From: Alphaproteobacteria bacterium
Lineage (GTDB): Bacteria; Pseudomonadota; Alphaproteobacteria; GCA-2731375
Assembly (NCBI GenBank): GCA_965232515.1
Contig: CBDDPY010000002.1
Coordinates: 4,256,001-4,320,000, forward strand
Direction: 5' to 3'
DNA: 64,000 nt
Below are positions 26,982-36,066 of this stretch, in pieces. Positions within the stretch are counted from its first letter, which is position 1. Every line of letters begins with the position of its first letter. The translations under genes and the position numbers were made by a program. A model generated the notes under the pieces. The model was not told the origin of the DNA, ran no database searches, and worked only from the letters and a program-made list of their open reading frames with translations.

Positions 26982-28010
26982 TTAGCCCTGGGGATCTTCC
27001 AGGCGGAAGCGGCGCAACGTCATCGACGGCGGTTCGCCGTAGCGGGCCTTGTAGGCGGCGGCGAACTTGCTGAGGTGATCGAAGCCGCAATCGGTGGCGA
27101 CGTCGGTGACGCCGCGGCCGACGCGGCCCGCCTCCATCAGGTCCCGCCGCGCCATGTCGAGCCGGACCTGCTTGAGATAGGCCATGGGCGACGCGCCGAC
27201 ATGACGCTGAAAGGCCTTGTGCAGAGTCCGCGGCCGGACGCCGGCGGCGGCCGCGATCTCGGGCAGGCGTAGCGGCCGGCGGGCGTTGACCTTGATGAAG
27301 TCCTCGGCGCGCGACAGGTAGTCCGGCCGCGGCGCGCGGGCGCCGGCGATGCGCGCGTCCTCGGAATGCGGCAGGCAGGTCAGCAGCAGCTCGGCGAACA
27401 CCTGGCCCACCCGGTCGGCCATGCCGGGATGGGCCCAGCCGACGCCGCCCGCCCGCGCATCGGCGCAGACCGCGCGCAGGAACTGGAACAGGCTGGCGCT
27501 GCGCGACGTCTCCGTGACGACGCCGGGGCCGAAGCGCGCGAGCGGCAGCACGGCCGCAGCAGCCGGTCGGGCGAGCGCGGCGACGGCGTCGTCGATCAGC
27601 GTGCGGTCGGCCCGGACGATGAGCTGCGTGCAGGCGGCGTCCCAGAACTTCTCGTAGGCGCGGTCGGGATTGATGACGTAGAGGCTGCCGGCGGCGGCGA
27701 GGTCGCTGCCATCCCCGTGTTCGTAGCGCGCCGTGCCGGCGAGCGTCCACTGCACCAGATAGAAGTCGCGTAGCGGCGGAATGCCGATGCGGGTCTCGGC
27801 GCCGTAGGTCAGATGGTTGACGGAGAGCGCGCCGACCGTGGCGTGCGAATGCCGGAAGCCGGCGCAGGCCGCGTCCGCCGTGTCGAGCGCGTGCGAGCGG
27901 AAGAAGCGCGAGACATGCCGGCGTGCCGCCGCGCCCGAGGCCACCTCCGGCACCGCGCCGGAGTCGAACATGGCGGGCGCATTCGGGACGGCGTTGAACC
28001 CCTCTTCCAT
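26982..28010 (-). CDS. AraC family transcriptional regulator
   Basis: C-terminal HTH VTDVATDCGFDHLSKFAAAYKARYGEPPS. Confidence 0.92.
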   Translation of the reverse strand: MEEGFNAVPNAPAMFDSGAVPEVASGAAARRHVSRFFRSHALDTADAACAGFRHSHATVGALSVNHLTYGAETRIGIPPLRDFYLVQWTLAGTARYEHGDGSDLAAAGSLYVINPDRAYEKFWDAACTQLIVRADRTLIDDAVAALARPAAAAVLPLARFGPGVVTETSRSASLFQFLRAVCADARAGGVGWAHPGMADRVGQVFAELLLTCLPHSEDARIAGARAPRPDYLSRAEDFIKVNARRPLRLPEIAAAAGVRPRTLHKAFQRHVGASPMAYLKQVRLDMARRDLMEAGRVGRGVTDVATDCGFDHLSKFAAAYKARYGEPPSMTLRRFRLEDPQG

Positions 28011-28120
28011 TGCAAAGCTCTGTTGTTAGCCAAGGCCGATTCAGGCTAGCCGGGCGCTCCGGGGCTAGTCAGGTCTCAGCCTAGCGGCCAAGATGGCGAC
28101 GTCAATGGGAGGGTCGGCGC

Positions 28121-29173
28121 ATGGATGCCGCGGATGTGAAGGCGATCGCCACGGAGCTCGGCGCCGATCTGGTCGGCATCGCCAGCGCCGAGACGCTGAA
28201 CGCCTTTCCGCCCGATCCGCGCTGGCCGCAGACGCCGGAACGGATCTCGCCGCACTGCAAAAGCGTGATCGTCATCGTCAGCCGCATTCCGGTCGCCGCG
28301 TTCCGGGCCAAGTCGAACGTCGCGGTGCAGTACATGGACATGATGGTGTTGCGGCGCATGGACGTGATCGCCCACCGGCTGGCGGAAGCGCTGGAGCGCG
28401 AGGGCCATCCGTCCTTCGTGACGGCGGCGCAGGAGACCGACTGGGACTACAAGAACGCCAGTTACGGCCGGCTGTCGACACGGCACCTCGGCATCGAGGC
28501 GGGCATCGGCACCTTCGGGTTGGAGGTGAACATCCTGACGCCAGAGTTCGGGCCGCGCATCTATCTGACCGGCATCCTGACCGAACTGGAGCTCGAGCCC
28601 GACGAACGCATCACCGAGCAGGTCTGCATCGGCGAGTCCTGCTCGCGCTGCCTCTATTCCTGCCCGACCGACGCCGTGCGGCATTTCGGCATCGACAAGC
28701 GCGCCTGCGCGCAGGAGGCGCAGGAGTTCGGCTTCATGACGTCGCTGTCGGTGCTGGAGGAATTCATCGAGACCGACGATCCGTCCCGGCGCAAGGAGAT
28801 CATCGCCAGCCGCGACATCTATGGCTTCTGGCAGGGGCTGCTGCGCGTCGTCGGCTCGTTCGGCGACTGTCCGCGCTGTCTCGCCGTCTGTCCGGTCGGC
28901 AACGACTACCATGCCTATCTGGCCGGACCGCAGAAGCAGATCCCGGAGAAGACGCCCGAGAAGGTCGCGAAGGCCAAGGGCTTCAAGGACGCGCGCAAGT
29001 CGGGCGCCGATGTCACCGGGCTGAACGACTGGAACATCCGCTGGGTCGGCGAGGACGGCTATCAGGGCCTGGTGGCGCGGCAGCTTCAGGCCTTCAAGCA
29101 GCTACAGCGCGACCGGCAGGCCGCCTATGAGCGACGCGTCGCCGCGGCCGACACCAACGACTCCGGGGACTGA
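28121..29173 (+). CDS. QueG/reductive dehalogenase-like 4Fe-4S protein A
   Basis: LGADLVGIA, AGIGTFG...LTPEFGPRI, CxxxxCxxCxxxCP and CxxCxxxCP. Confidence 0.8.
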   Translation: MDAADVKAIATELGADLVGIASAETLNAFPPDPRWPQTPERISPHCKSVIVIVSRIPVAAFRAKSNVAVQYMDMMVLRRMDVIAHRLAEALEREGHPSFVTAAQETDWDYKNASYGRLSTRHLGIEAGIGTFGLEVNILTPEFGPRIYLTGILTELELEPDERITEQVCIGESCSRCLYSCPTDAVRHFGIDKRACAQEAQEFGFMTSLSVLEEFIETDDPSRRKEIIASRDIYGFWQGLLRVVGSFGDCPRCLAVCPVGNDYHAYLAGPQKQIPEKTPEKVAKAKGFKDARKSGADVTGLNDWNIRWVGEDGYQGLVARQLQAFKQLQRDRQAAYERRVAAADTNDSGD

Positions 29174-29178
29174 GGCGC

Positions 29179-30183
29179 ATGGTCGAGGTCTTCCAGGAAC
29201 CGATCACGGCCGAGGCGATCAAGGCGAAGGTGCGCGACCTCGGCGCCGACCTCGTCGGCATCGCCGACGGCGAGGTACTGAACCAGAACCCGCCGGACCC
29301 GGCGAACCCGAAACGCCCCAGCGACATCACCGACCACGATGCGGGGCGCGTGATCGTCATCGCCAAGCGGCTGACCGCCGGCACGACGCGGCTCACGCGC
29401 TGGGACGAGCGGCACAAATACTACAACGACGAACTGGTGCTGAACGCGCTCGAGATGCTCTCGCTGGAGCTGGTGCTGTGGCTCGAGGACCGTGGCTATC
29501 CGGCGTTGATCGTGCCGCCGACCCACGTCGATCCGTTGGATTATCAAGGCGATCCCGGTGCCTCATTGGGGCAGATCCTGTCGCTCGAGCATGCCGCGGT
29601 CGAGGCCGGCCTCGGCACGCTGGGCCTGAACCAGATGCTGCTGACGCCGGAATTCGGTCCGCGCGTGCGGCTGACGGCGGTGCTGTCGTCGGTGCCGGTC
29701 GACTGCGACGAACGCATGACCGAGAGCCTGTGCCGGGGACCCGGCTGCGGGCGCTGCCTCAGCGCCTGCCCCGGCGACGTGATCGGGCATTGGGACCGCG
29801 ACTGGGAAGCCTGCGATACCTACCGCTCGCCGCACGGCTTCCACGCGCTCGCCGACCATATCGGCCGCATCATCGACGAGCCGGATGTGGCCAAGAAGAA
29901 GGCCATGCTGCGCTCGGAGGATCAGTTCTACATCTGGCAGAGCATCCTGCGCGGAGCCGGCGTAGTGACCGGCTGCCGGCGCTGCCAGGACGTCTGTCCG
30001 GTCGGCGACGATTACGCGGCGTTGGCCGACGCGCTCGACGCGATCCCGGAGGACAGCAACGACAAACGCGCCCGCCTCGCGGCCATGCTCGCCGACGAGG
30101 CCGAGGGCGCCCTGCCCGCCAGCTACCTCGCCGCTCAACGCTGGATCGGCGCGCTCACTGGGCCGGACGACGGGGGGACATGA
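29179..30183 (+). CDS. QueG/reductive dehalogenase-like 4Fe-4S protein B
   Basis: LGADLVGIA, HAAVEAGLGTLG...LTPEFGPRVRL, CxxxxCxxCxxxCP and CxxCxxxCP. Confidence 0.8.
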   Translation: MVEVFQEPITAEAIKAKVRDLGADLVGIADGEVLNQNPPDPANPKRPSDITDHDAGRVIVIAKRLTAGTTRLTRWDERHKYYNDELVLNALEMLSLELVLWLEDRGYPALIVPPTHVDPLDYQGDPGASLGQILSLEHAAVEAGLGTLGLNQMLLTPEFGPRVRLTAVLSSVPVDCDERMTESLCRGPGCGRCLSACPGDVIGHWDRDWEACDTYRSPHGFHALADHIGRIIDEPDVAKKKAMLRSEDQFYIWQSILRGAGVVTGCRRCQDVCPVGDDYAALADALDAIPEDSNDKRARLAAMLADEAEGALPASYLAAQRWIGALTGPDDGGT

Positions 30184-30187
30184 CGCG

Positions 30188-31480
30188 ATGGACACCGAGT
30201 CGTTGATGCTGCCGAAATCGGCCGAGGAGTTGGCCGCGTTGCAGTCCGCGCGCAAGCGGGCCGCGGTCGAGCGGGCGCGGACCTCGCGGTTCTGGGCCGA
30301 CAAGCTCGCCGACATCGACCTCGACCGGCTGGACGAGCCTGACGAATGGCGGCGCATCCCGATCCTGACGAAAGAGCAGCTGCGCGAGATCAGCATGGAG
30401 GCGTTCTACAGCGACTTCTGCATCGCCGGACGGCGCGAGACCAGCGAGTTCTGGCGCTCGGGCGGCTCGACCGGACGGCCGCTGTTCTATCCGCGCACCA
30501 CCGAGGATTTGGCCTACGCCATGGTCGGCTTCCGCCGGGTCTATGCCTGCGCCGGCGTCGGGGTAGACGACCTGGTGCACCTGTCGCTGCCGCTCGGCAT
30601 CCATCCGGCCGGACATCTATGCGCCCGGGCGGCGGAGCGCGAGGGCGCGGCGGTGATGTGGGTCGGGGCCGGCAACGCCGCGCCGTCGGCGATGCAGCTC
30701 GACCTCATCCGCAACTTCCGGCCCTCGGTCTGGGTCGGCATGTCGAGCTACGCCATCCATCTCGCCAACCTCGCCGCCGCCGAGGGCGAGAAGCCGGCCG
30801 ACCACGGCGTCGAAAAAATCATCTGCACGGCCGAGCCGCTGTCGGACGCGAAGCGCGCCAAGCTGTCCGAGCTCTGGGGCGCTCAGGTCTTCGATTCCAT
30901 CGGCATGACCGAGATGATGATGATGGGCGCCGAGACTGCGCCGGGCAGCGGCTTCCGGATCTGGTCGGACTTCGTCTATCCCGAGGTGATCGACGCCGAC
31001 AGCGGCGCGCCGGTGGCGCCCGGCGAGGAAGGCCTGCTGGTGGTGACGTCGCTGGCGACCAACAACGCGACGCCGTTCCTGCGCTGGAACACCGGCGACA
31101 TCGTGCGGCTGACCGAGCCCGACGGCGATGGCACGGGTTTCGATCTGTTTCCGGTCATGCGCCACGCCCACCGCACGGCCGGCTTCTTCAAGGTGCGCGG
31201 CGTCAATATCGGCCACAACGACCTGGAGGACATGATGTTCGCGAACGCCGATGTCGGCGACTTCCGGGTCGAAGCCGCGGCCACGGACGGCCGCGACGTC
31301 CTGCTGCTCTACCTGGAAGCCCGCACCGGTGCCGATGCCGATGCGCTCGGCGTCACGATTGCGGCCGACGTGCAGCGCTCCTTCGGCCTCACGCCGGATC
31401 TGGTCTGGTGCGAGCCCGGCGCCATCGCCAAGACTTTCGAGCAGTCCGTCAAGGCGACGCGTTTCATCGACACGCGGTGA
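30188..31480 (+). CDS. Phenylacetate-CoA ligase (PaaK) family adenylate-forming enzyme
   Basis: IPILTKEQLR, SGGSTGRP, IGMTE, PFLRWNTGD, FKVRGVNI. Confidence 0.85.
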   Translation: MDTESLMLPKSAEELAALQSARKRAAVERARTSRFWADKLADIDLDRLDEPDEWRRIPILTKEQLREISMEAFYSDFCIAGRRETSEFWRSGGSTGRPLFYPRTTEDLAYAMVGFRRVYACAGVGVDDLVHLSLPLGIHPAGHLCARAAEREGAAVMWVGAGNAAPSAMQLDLIRNFRPSVWVGMSSYAIHLANLAAAEGEKPADHGVEKIICTAEPLSDAKRAKLSELWGAQVFDSIGMTEMMMMGAETAPGSGFRIWSDFVYPEVIDADSGAPVAPGEEGLLVVTSLATNNATPFLRWNTGDIVRLTEPDGDGTGFDLFPVMRHAHRTAGFFKVRGVNIGHNDLEDMMFANADVGDFRVEAAATDGRDVLLLYLEARTGADADALGVTIAADVQRSFGLTPDLVWCEPGAIAKTFEQSVKATRFIDTR

Positions 31481-31484
31481 GCCG

Positions 31485-31877
31485 TTAGTCCGCCTCTGAT
31501 TGCCGAAACACCGGGCGTCGCAAGGCAAAGCCGAGCAACAGCCAAGGCAGCGCAAGCGCGACCGTCGGCAGGATCGACGGAATTTCTTGAAACGTGCCAG
31601 ACCAGAGCGCCCAGGCCGATCCCGCGGCAAGCACCACCGCGTAGACCACGCCGACAATCTTCGTTGTGGCCGTCGCCAGACGCTCGTCGACGAACTTGAT
31701 CAGGCCAAGCTGGCACAGCACGGCGCCGACGCTCCCTTGGACAAAACTGTAGATGCATCCGGCGATCAGCGAGCCGTAGAACGGTTTGCCGAGAAGCAGG
31801 TAGATGGCCGCCATCGCATAGTGCACGACCAAGATGCTCATGAAGGCCGCGATGAACCCAATGGCGAAGCGCTTCAT
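31485..31877 (-). CDS. Hypothetical four-TM membrane protein
   Basis: Four hydrophobic segments; start ATG 31877 or TTG 31892. Confidence 0.6.
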   Translation of the reverse strand: MKRFAIGFIAAFMSILVVHYAMAAIYLLLGKPFYGSLIAGCIYSFVQGSVGAVLCQLGLIKFVDERLATATTKIVGVVYAVVLAAGSAWALWSGTFQEIPSILPTVALALPWLLLGFALRRPVFRQSEAD

Positions 31878-31888
31878 GAGACCGGCCC

Positions 31889-32317
31889 TCAACTCGCCAG
31901 CAGCTTCTGCAAACGCGCGCGGACATCCGCCGGGGGCTCGGCGCTGGCGGGGCCGTGCATGAAGACGACGACGGATTCGGCGGTGGCGAGGCAGTGGCCG
32001 TCGTTGAAGACGCCGCTGCCGACGGTGAAGCTGGTGCGGCCGACGCGGACGACACGGGCGCCGATGCGGAGCGCGCCGGGCCAGTGCGCTTCGCGCAGAT
32101 AGTTGATGGTGATGCGGGCGACGACGATGCGGTCGTCGGGGCCGCGGTGGGGCCGGATCTCGCGCACGAAGGCGACGCGGCCGGATTCGAAATAGGCGGC
32201 GAACGCGGTGTTGTTGACATGGCCGCCGGCGTCCTGGTCGGAGAAGCGGATGGTGTCGTCGACCCAGAAGGCGTAGGTGCCGGGGTCGGCAAGGTCGAAG
32301 TTGCTGTCGCTGGTCAT
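31889..32317 (-). CDS. Acyl-CoA thioesterase (4HBT family)
   Basis: IRFSDQDAGGHVNN...YFESGR. Confidence 0.9.
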   Translation of the reverse strand: MTSDSNFDLADPGTYAFWVDDTIRFSDQDAGGHVNNTAFAAYFESGRVAFVREIRPHRGPDDRIVVARITINYLREAHWPGALRIGARVVRVGRTSFTVGSGVFNDGHCLATAESVVVFMHGPASAEPPADVRARLQKLLAS

Positions 32318-32341
32318 GGCGTACTCACTCGGTCAGGACGG

Positions 32342-32776
32342 TCATTTCTTGGCGCGGAAGTAGCGGTGGCATTCGGAACAGGTGCGGGTGAGCGCCAGGA
32401 AGGCGCCCGCGGCGGTGGCGCCGTCCCGGCGTTCGGCAGCGGCGGCGAGGTCGGCGCCGTGGGATTCGAGGGCGCGGGCACGCTTTTCGAATTCGGGCCA
32501 ATAGGACCAGACCTCCGGCTGGGCCCGGCTGGGCGGCGTGAGGCTGCCGGCCGGGAACAGGGCCAGGAACTGACCGGACTCCCGATGCAGACGCGTTGCC
32601 TCGGCCGCTACCACGTCGATCCGCAATTCGGTCTGGCCGTTGAACATCGGCGCCATGACTTTCATGGCCTCGCCAATGGATTTCATCAGGTCGATGCGCT
32701 GGCGGACGACGTCATCGGCAGCGGCGGGAACGGCGAGCATCGACGCCAACAGGATGGAGACTGTCAGCCGACGCAT
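32342..32776 (-). CDS. Cytochrome c' / c556 (class II)
   Basis: Signal peptide, RIDLMK, SRAQPEVW, C-terminal CSECH. Confidence 0.88.
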   Translation of the reverse strand: MRRLTVSILLASMLAVPAAADDVVRQRIDLMKSIGEAMKVMAPMFNGQTELRIDVVAAEATRLHRESGQFLALFPAGSLTPPSRAQPEVWSYWPEFEKRARALESHGADLAAAAERRDGATAAGAFLALTRTCSECHRYFRAKK

Positions 32777-33210
32777 CAACGGGTGTCGGCGATACGGCGC
32801 AGCAGGCGGCGCAGCGTTTCCTGCTCGTCGGCGGTGAGGTCGGCGGCGATGCGTGCCTCGTGCCGGCGGACGAGCGGCCGGAGCGTCGCCACCAGGCGCG
32901 CGCCCTCCGGCGACAGGCGCAGGGCGTAGGAGCGGCGGTCGGTCGGCGACGGCGCCCGCTCGACGAGACCCCGGTCCTCGAGCCGGTCGATCACCGCGAC
33001 CACGGTCGAGCGGTCGATGCCGATGGCGTTGCCGAGCTGGGTCTGATTCAGGCCGGTATTGGCCTCGATGAGCGTCAGCACGCCGAATTGGCCCGGCGTC
33101 ACGTCGTGCTCGGCCATCGAGGTCATGAAATCGTTGAATACCCGGTCCTGCGCACGCCGCAGGTTGTAGCCGATCAGCTCGGGCAGCAGGCCATAATCGA
33201 ACTCGCTCAT
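32776..33210 (-). CDS. MarR family regulator
   Basis: LIGYNLRRAQ...IDRSTVVAVIDRLEDRGLVER...DRRSYALRLS. Confidence 0.92.
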   Translation of the reverse strand: MSEFDYGLLPELIGYNLRRAQDRVFNDFMTSMAEHDVTPGQFGVLTLIEANTGLNQTQLGNAIGIDRSTVVAVIDRLEDRGLVERAPSPTDRRSYALRLSPEGARLVATLRPLVRRHEARIAADLTADEQETLRRLLRRIADTR

Positions 33211-33233
33211 ACGGTATTCCCGGCCGCTCGAAA

Positions 33234-33311
33234 TATTGTTGGGGTACCAAACATTTTTCTTGCCAAGCCCGTTCCCGCCACCTAGGTTATTGTTGGGGAT
33301 GCAAGCAATAA
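33234..33311. promoter_or_regulatory. Two putative MarR operators
   Basis: TATTGTTGGGGTACCAAACATTT and TTATTGTTGGGGATGCAAGCAATAA: shared 11-mer, imperfect palindromes. Confidence 0.6.
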
Positions 33312-33324
33312 ACCGGATGGGACG

Positions 33325-34353
33325 GTGACGCACAAGGTTTGGGTCCGTCAGGCCGATCAGACGATCGAAGTAGCCGACGGCGACACGATACTGAACGCCG
33401 CGCTAACTGCCGGCATCGATTACCCCTTTGGCTGCCAGTCGGGCAATTGTGGGGCCTGCAAGTCGCGGCTGCTGGAGGGAAGCGTCGAGATGCTGCCCTA
33501 TTCCGAATACGCGCTGACCGATGAGGAGAAGGCCCAAGGCCTGATCCTGGCCTGTCAGTCGATGCCGGAAGCGGACTGCCGCGTCGGCTGGCTGGACCTT
33601 GACGAGACCGTGCAGCATCCGCTGCGCAAGCTCGACTGCAAGGTCGTGGCCTGCGAGAAGGCGACGCACGACATCACCGTCGTGCGGCTCGACATCGAGG
33701 CCGGCGGACCGTTCAGCTTCAGCGCCGGGCAATACGCCTCGGTGACGTTTCCGGGCCAGGCGCCACGCGACTATTCCATGGCCAGCCGGCCCGAGGACGC
33801 GCAGATCGAATTCCATATCCGCGCCATGGACGGCGGCTCGGTCAGCCACTACGTCAACGAGCAGCTGAAGGTCGGCGATGCGGTGCGGGTCGAAGGGCCG
33901 ATGGGCCTTGCTTACCTGCGCGAGCAGCATACAGGGCCAATCCTGGCCGTCGCGGGCGGCTCGGGCCTGGCGCCGATCAAGTCCATCGTCGAGGAGGCGC
34001 TGGGCAAGGGCATGGGCCAGCCGATCGCGATGTATTTCGGCGTGCGCGGCGAACGGGACCTCTATCTGGAAGAGCACTTCAAGGCGTTGGCGAAGGCACA
34101 CGCGAACTTCGACTTCACGCCCGTGCTGTCCGAGCCGAACGGCGCCACGGACCGGCGTACCGGGTTCCTGGCGGACGCGGTGGCCGCGGACTTCCAGGAC
34201 CTCGACGGCTTCAAGCTCTACATGGCCGGACCGCCGGTGATGGTCGACACGACGACGGCGGCCTGCACGCCGCTGGGCCTGCGGTCGGAGGACCTGCACG
34301 CCGATCCGTTCTATTCCGCGCACGAGTTGGCGGAACAGGGAGCGGCCACATGA
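33325..34353 (+). CDS. 2Fe-2S ferredoxin-NAD(P)H reductase (oxygenase reductase)
   Basis: CQSGNCGAC...LACQ, RDYSMAS, AGGSGLAP, YMAGPPVMV. Confidence 0.92.
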   Translation: MTHKVWVRQADQTIEVADGDTILNAALTAGIDYPFGCQSGNCGACKSRLLEGSVEMLPYSEYALTDEEKAQGLILACQSMPEADCRVGWLDLDETVQHPLRKLDCKVVACEKATHDITVVRLDIEAGGPFSFSAGQYASVTFPGQAPRDYSMASRPEDAQIEFHIRAMDGGSVSHYVNEQLKVGDAVRVEGPMGLAYLREQHTGPILAVAGGSGLAPIKSIVEEALGKGMGQPIAMYFGVRGERDLYLEEHFKALAKAHANFDFTPVLSEPNGATDRRTGFLADAVAADFQDLDGFKLYMAGPPVMVDTTTAACTPLGLRSEDLHADPFYSAHELAEQGAAT

Positions 34354-35297
34354 GCGCCGACGAACTCGCCGGCCGCGTGGCGCTGGTGACGGGCGCCGGC
34401 CGCGGCGTTGGCCGCGCCATCGCCGAGAGCCTGGGCGCACGCGGCGCGTCCGTGGTGGTCGCCGACAGCGGCACCGGCATTTCTGGCGACGGCGCCGATC
34501 CCGGCGTAGCGCAGGAGGTGGCGACAGCAATCGGCGACAACGCCGCGGCGTTCACGGAGTCGGTGGCGAGCCCCGGCGCGGCGAAAGCCGCGGTCGAGCT
34601 GGCGGTCAGCCGTTTCGGCGGGCTCGACATTCTGGTCAACAACGCCGCCATCCTGCGCGACGCGTTCGTCTTCAAGGCCGATCCCGGCGACTACGAGGCT
34701 GTGATCCGCAACAACCTGTCGGCCGCCTTTTTCCTGATGAACGCAGGCACGCCTGTCATGCGTGAGCAGGCCAAGGCCGGCCGCGGCGGCGGCGATAGCT
34801 ACGACTGGGGCCGCATCGTCAACATCGTCTCCAGCGCCGGGCTCTACGGCAATCTGGGCCAGAGCGGCTATGCCAGCGCCAAGGCGGGCCTCGTCGGCCT
34901 GACCCGGGTCGCGGCCATGGACCTGGCGCGCGCCGGCATCACCGTCAACGCCGTGGCGCCGTTCGCGGCGACGCGCGTAACCGAGATCATCCAGCCGGCG
35001 AACGATGCGCAGGCCGCCTACAAGGAACGCGCGCTGAAAATCCCGGCGAGCCACGTGGCTGACGTGGTCGCCTATCTGGCCTCGCCGGCGGCGCAGTCCG
35101 TCACCGGCCAGATCTTCGGCGTGCGCGGCCGCGAGGTGTTCCTGTTCTCGCAGCCGCGGCCGGTGGCGCGCATCGTCAACGACGGCGGCCCGTGGGACAC
35201 TGACAGCCTGGCCGCGGCCGTGAACGCCGAGTTCGCTGGTTCCTTCACCGACCTGACCACCGACCTGGAAGCCTTCAACACCGAGCCTGAGATCTGA
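34350..35297 (+). CDS. SDR family oxidoreductase
   Basis: TGAGRGVG, NNAAILRD, YASAK. Confidence 0.92.
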   Translation: MSADELAGRVALVTGAGRGVGRAIAESLGARGASVVVADSGTGISGDGADPGVAQEVATAIGDNAAAFTESVASPGAAKAAVELAVSRFGGLDILVNNAAILRDAFVFKADPGDYEAVIRNNLSAAFFLMNAGTPVMREQAKAGRGGGDSYDWGRIVNIVSSAGLYGNLGQSGYASAKAGLVGLTRVAAMDLARAGITVNAVAPFAATRVTEIIQPANDAQAAYKERALKIPASHVADVVAYLASPAAQSVTGQIFGVRGREVFLFSQPRPVARIVNDGGPWDTDSLAAAVNAEFAGSFTDLTTDLEAFNTEPEI

Positions 35298-35311
35298 CCA
35301 AGGGGTCCATC

Positions 35312-36028
35312 ATGAGCCAAGCCGAGAAGTTCGAAGTCAAGACCGTCGACGAGCTGCACGCCCAGCCCGACGAATACCAGACGATGATCAAGAAGATCGT
35401 CGTCAGCCACGCCGTGAACGAACTCTACGGCGCCCAGGCCTTCGACGAGCCGGCCATCGCATTGGCGCCGACGCCGTACGACAAGTGGCTCGCCTGCCGC
35501 ATCGCCATGGAGGAGTACGGCCACCACGTGCGCTTCCGCGAGCTGGGCGACGAGATGGGCGTGGCGCGCGAGGAGATGACGCCCGAGCAGAAACAGCCGC
35601 TGTCGATCTTCGAGTTCCCGCTGAAGACCTGGGCCGAGTTCTGCGTCATCAAGCTGCTGGCGGATCTGGCCGAGATCCTGCAGGTCGAGGATCTGGTCCA
35701 CTGCAGCTATCTGCCGCTGCGCCGTCTGGCGCGGATGACCATGCCCGAGGAGCGTTTCCACGCCCAGTTCGGCAAGGACACCTGCAGCGACCTGTGCAAA
35801 ACCGAGGAAGGCCGTGAGGCCGTGCAGGCGGCGATCGACGAGTATTTCCCCTACCTGCCGCCGTTCTTCGGCCGGGCCAAATCGAAGAACAACGAGCTCT
35901 ATCGCAAATGGGGCATCAAGCTGCGGACCAACGAAGACATGCGCGAGGACTATCTGCGCCGCGCACGCGAGCTGGTCGAGGACGAGCTGGGCCTGAAGCT
36001 GCCGGACGTCGAACTGGAAGCAGCCTAG
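35312..36028 (+). CDS. PaaA/PaaC-like ferritin-fold diiron protein (aryl-CoA oxygenase)
   Basis: NELYG, EEYGH and EERFH diiron ligands; YRKWGIKLRTNEDMR. Confidence 0.75.
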   Translation: MSQAEKFEVKTVDELHAQPDEYQTMIKKIVVSHAVNELYGAQAFDEPAIALAPTPYDKWLACRIAMEEYGHHVRFRELGDEMGVAREEMTPEQKQPLSIFEFPLKTWAEFCVIKLLADLAEILQVEDLVHCSYLPLRRLARMTMPEERFHAQFGKDTCSDLCKTEEGREAVQAAIDEYFPYLPPFFGRAKSKNNELYRKWGIKLRTNEDMREDYLRRARELVEDELGLKLPDVELEAA

Positions 36029-36066
36029 CGTCGCGGGCTAAGCTCAGTCCAACGGGAGGACGTGCC

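Noticed and set aside
28121-30183. Calling these genes queG or a respiratory rdhA
   Set aside because: Tandem paralogues in a catabolic context, with no Tat signal or rdhB anchor; only superfamily membership is supportable.
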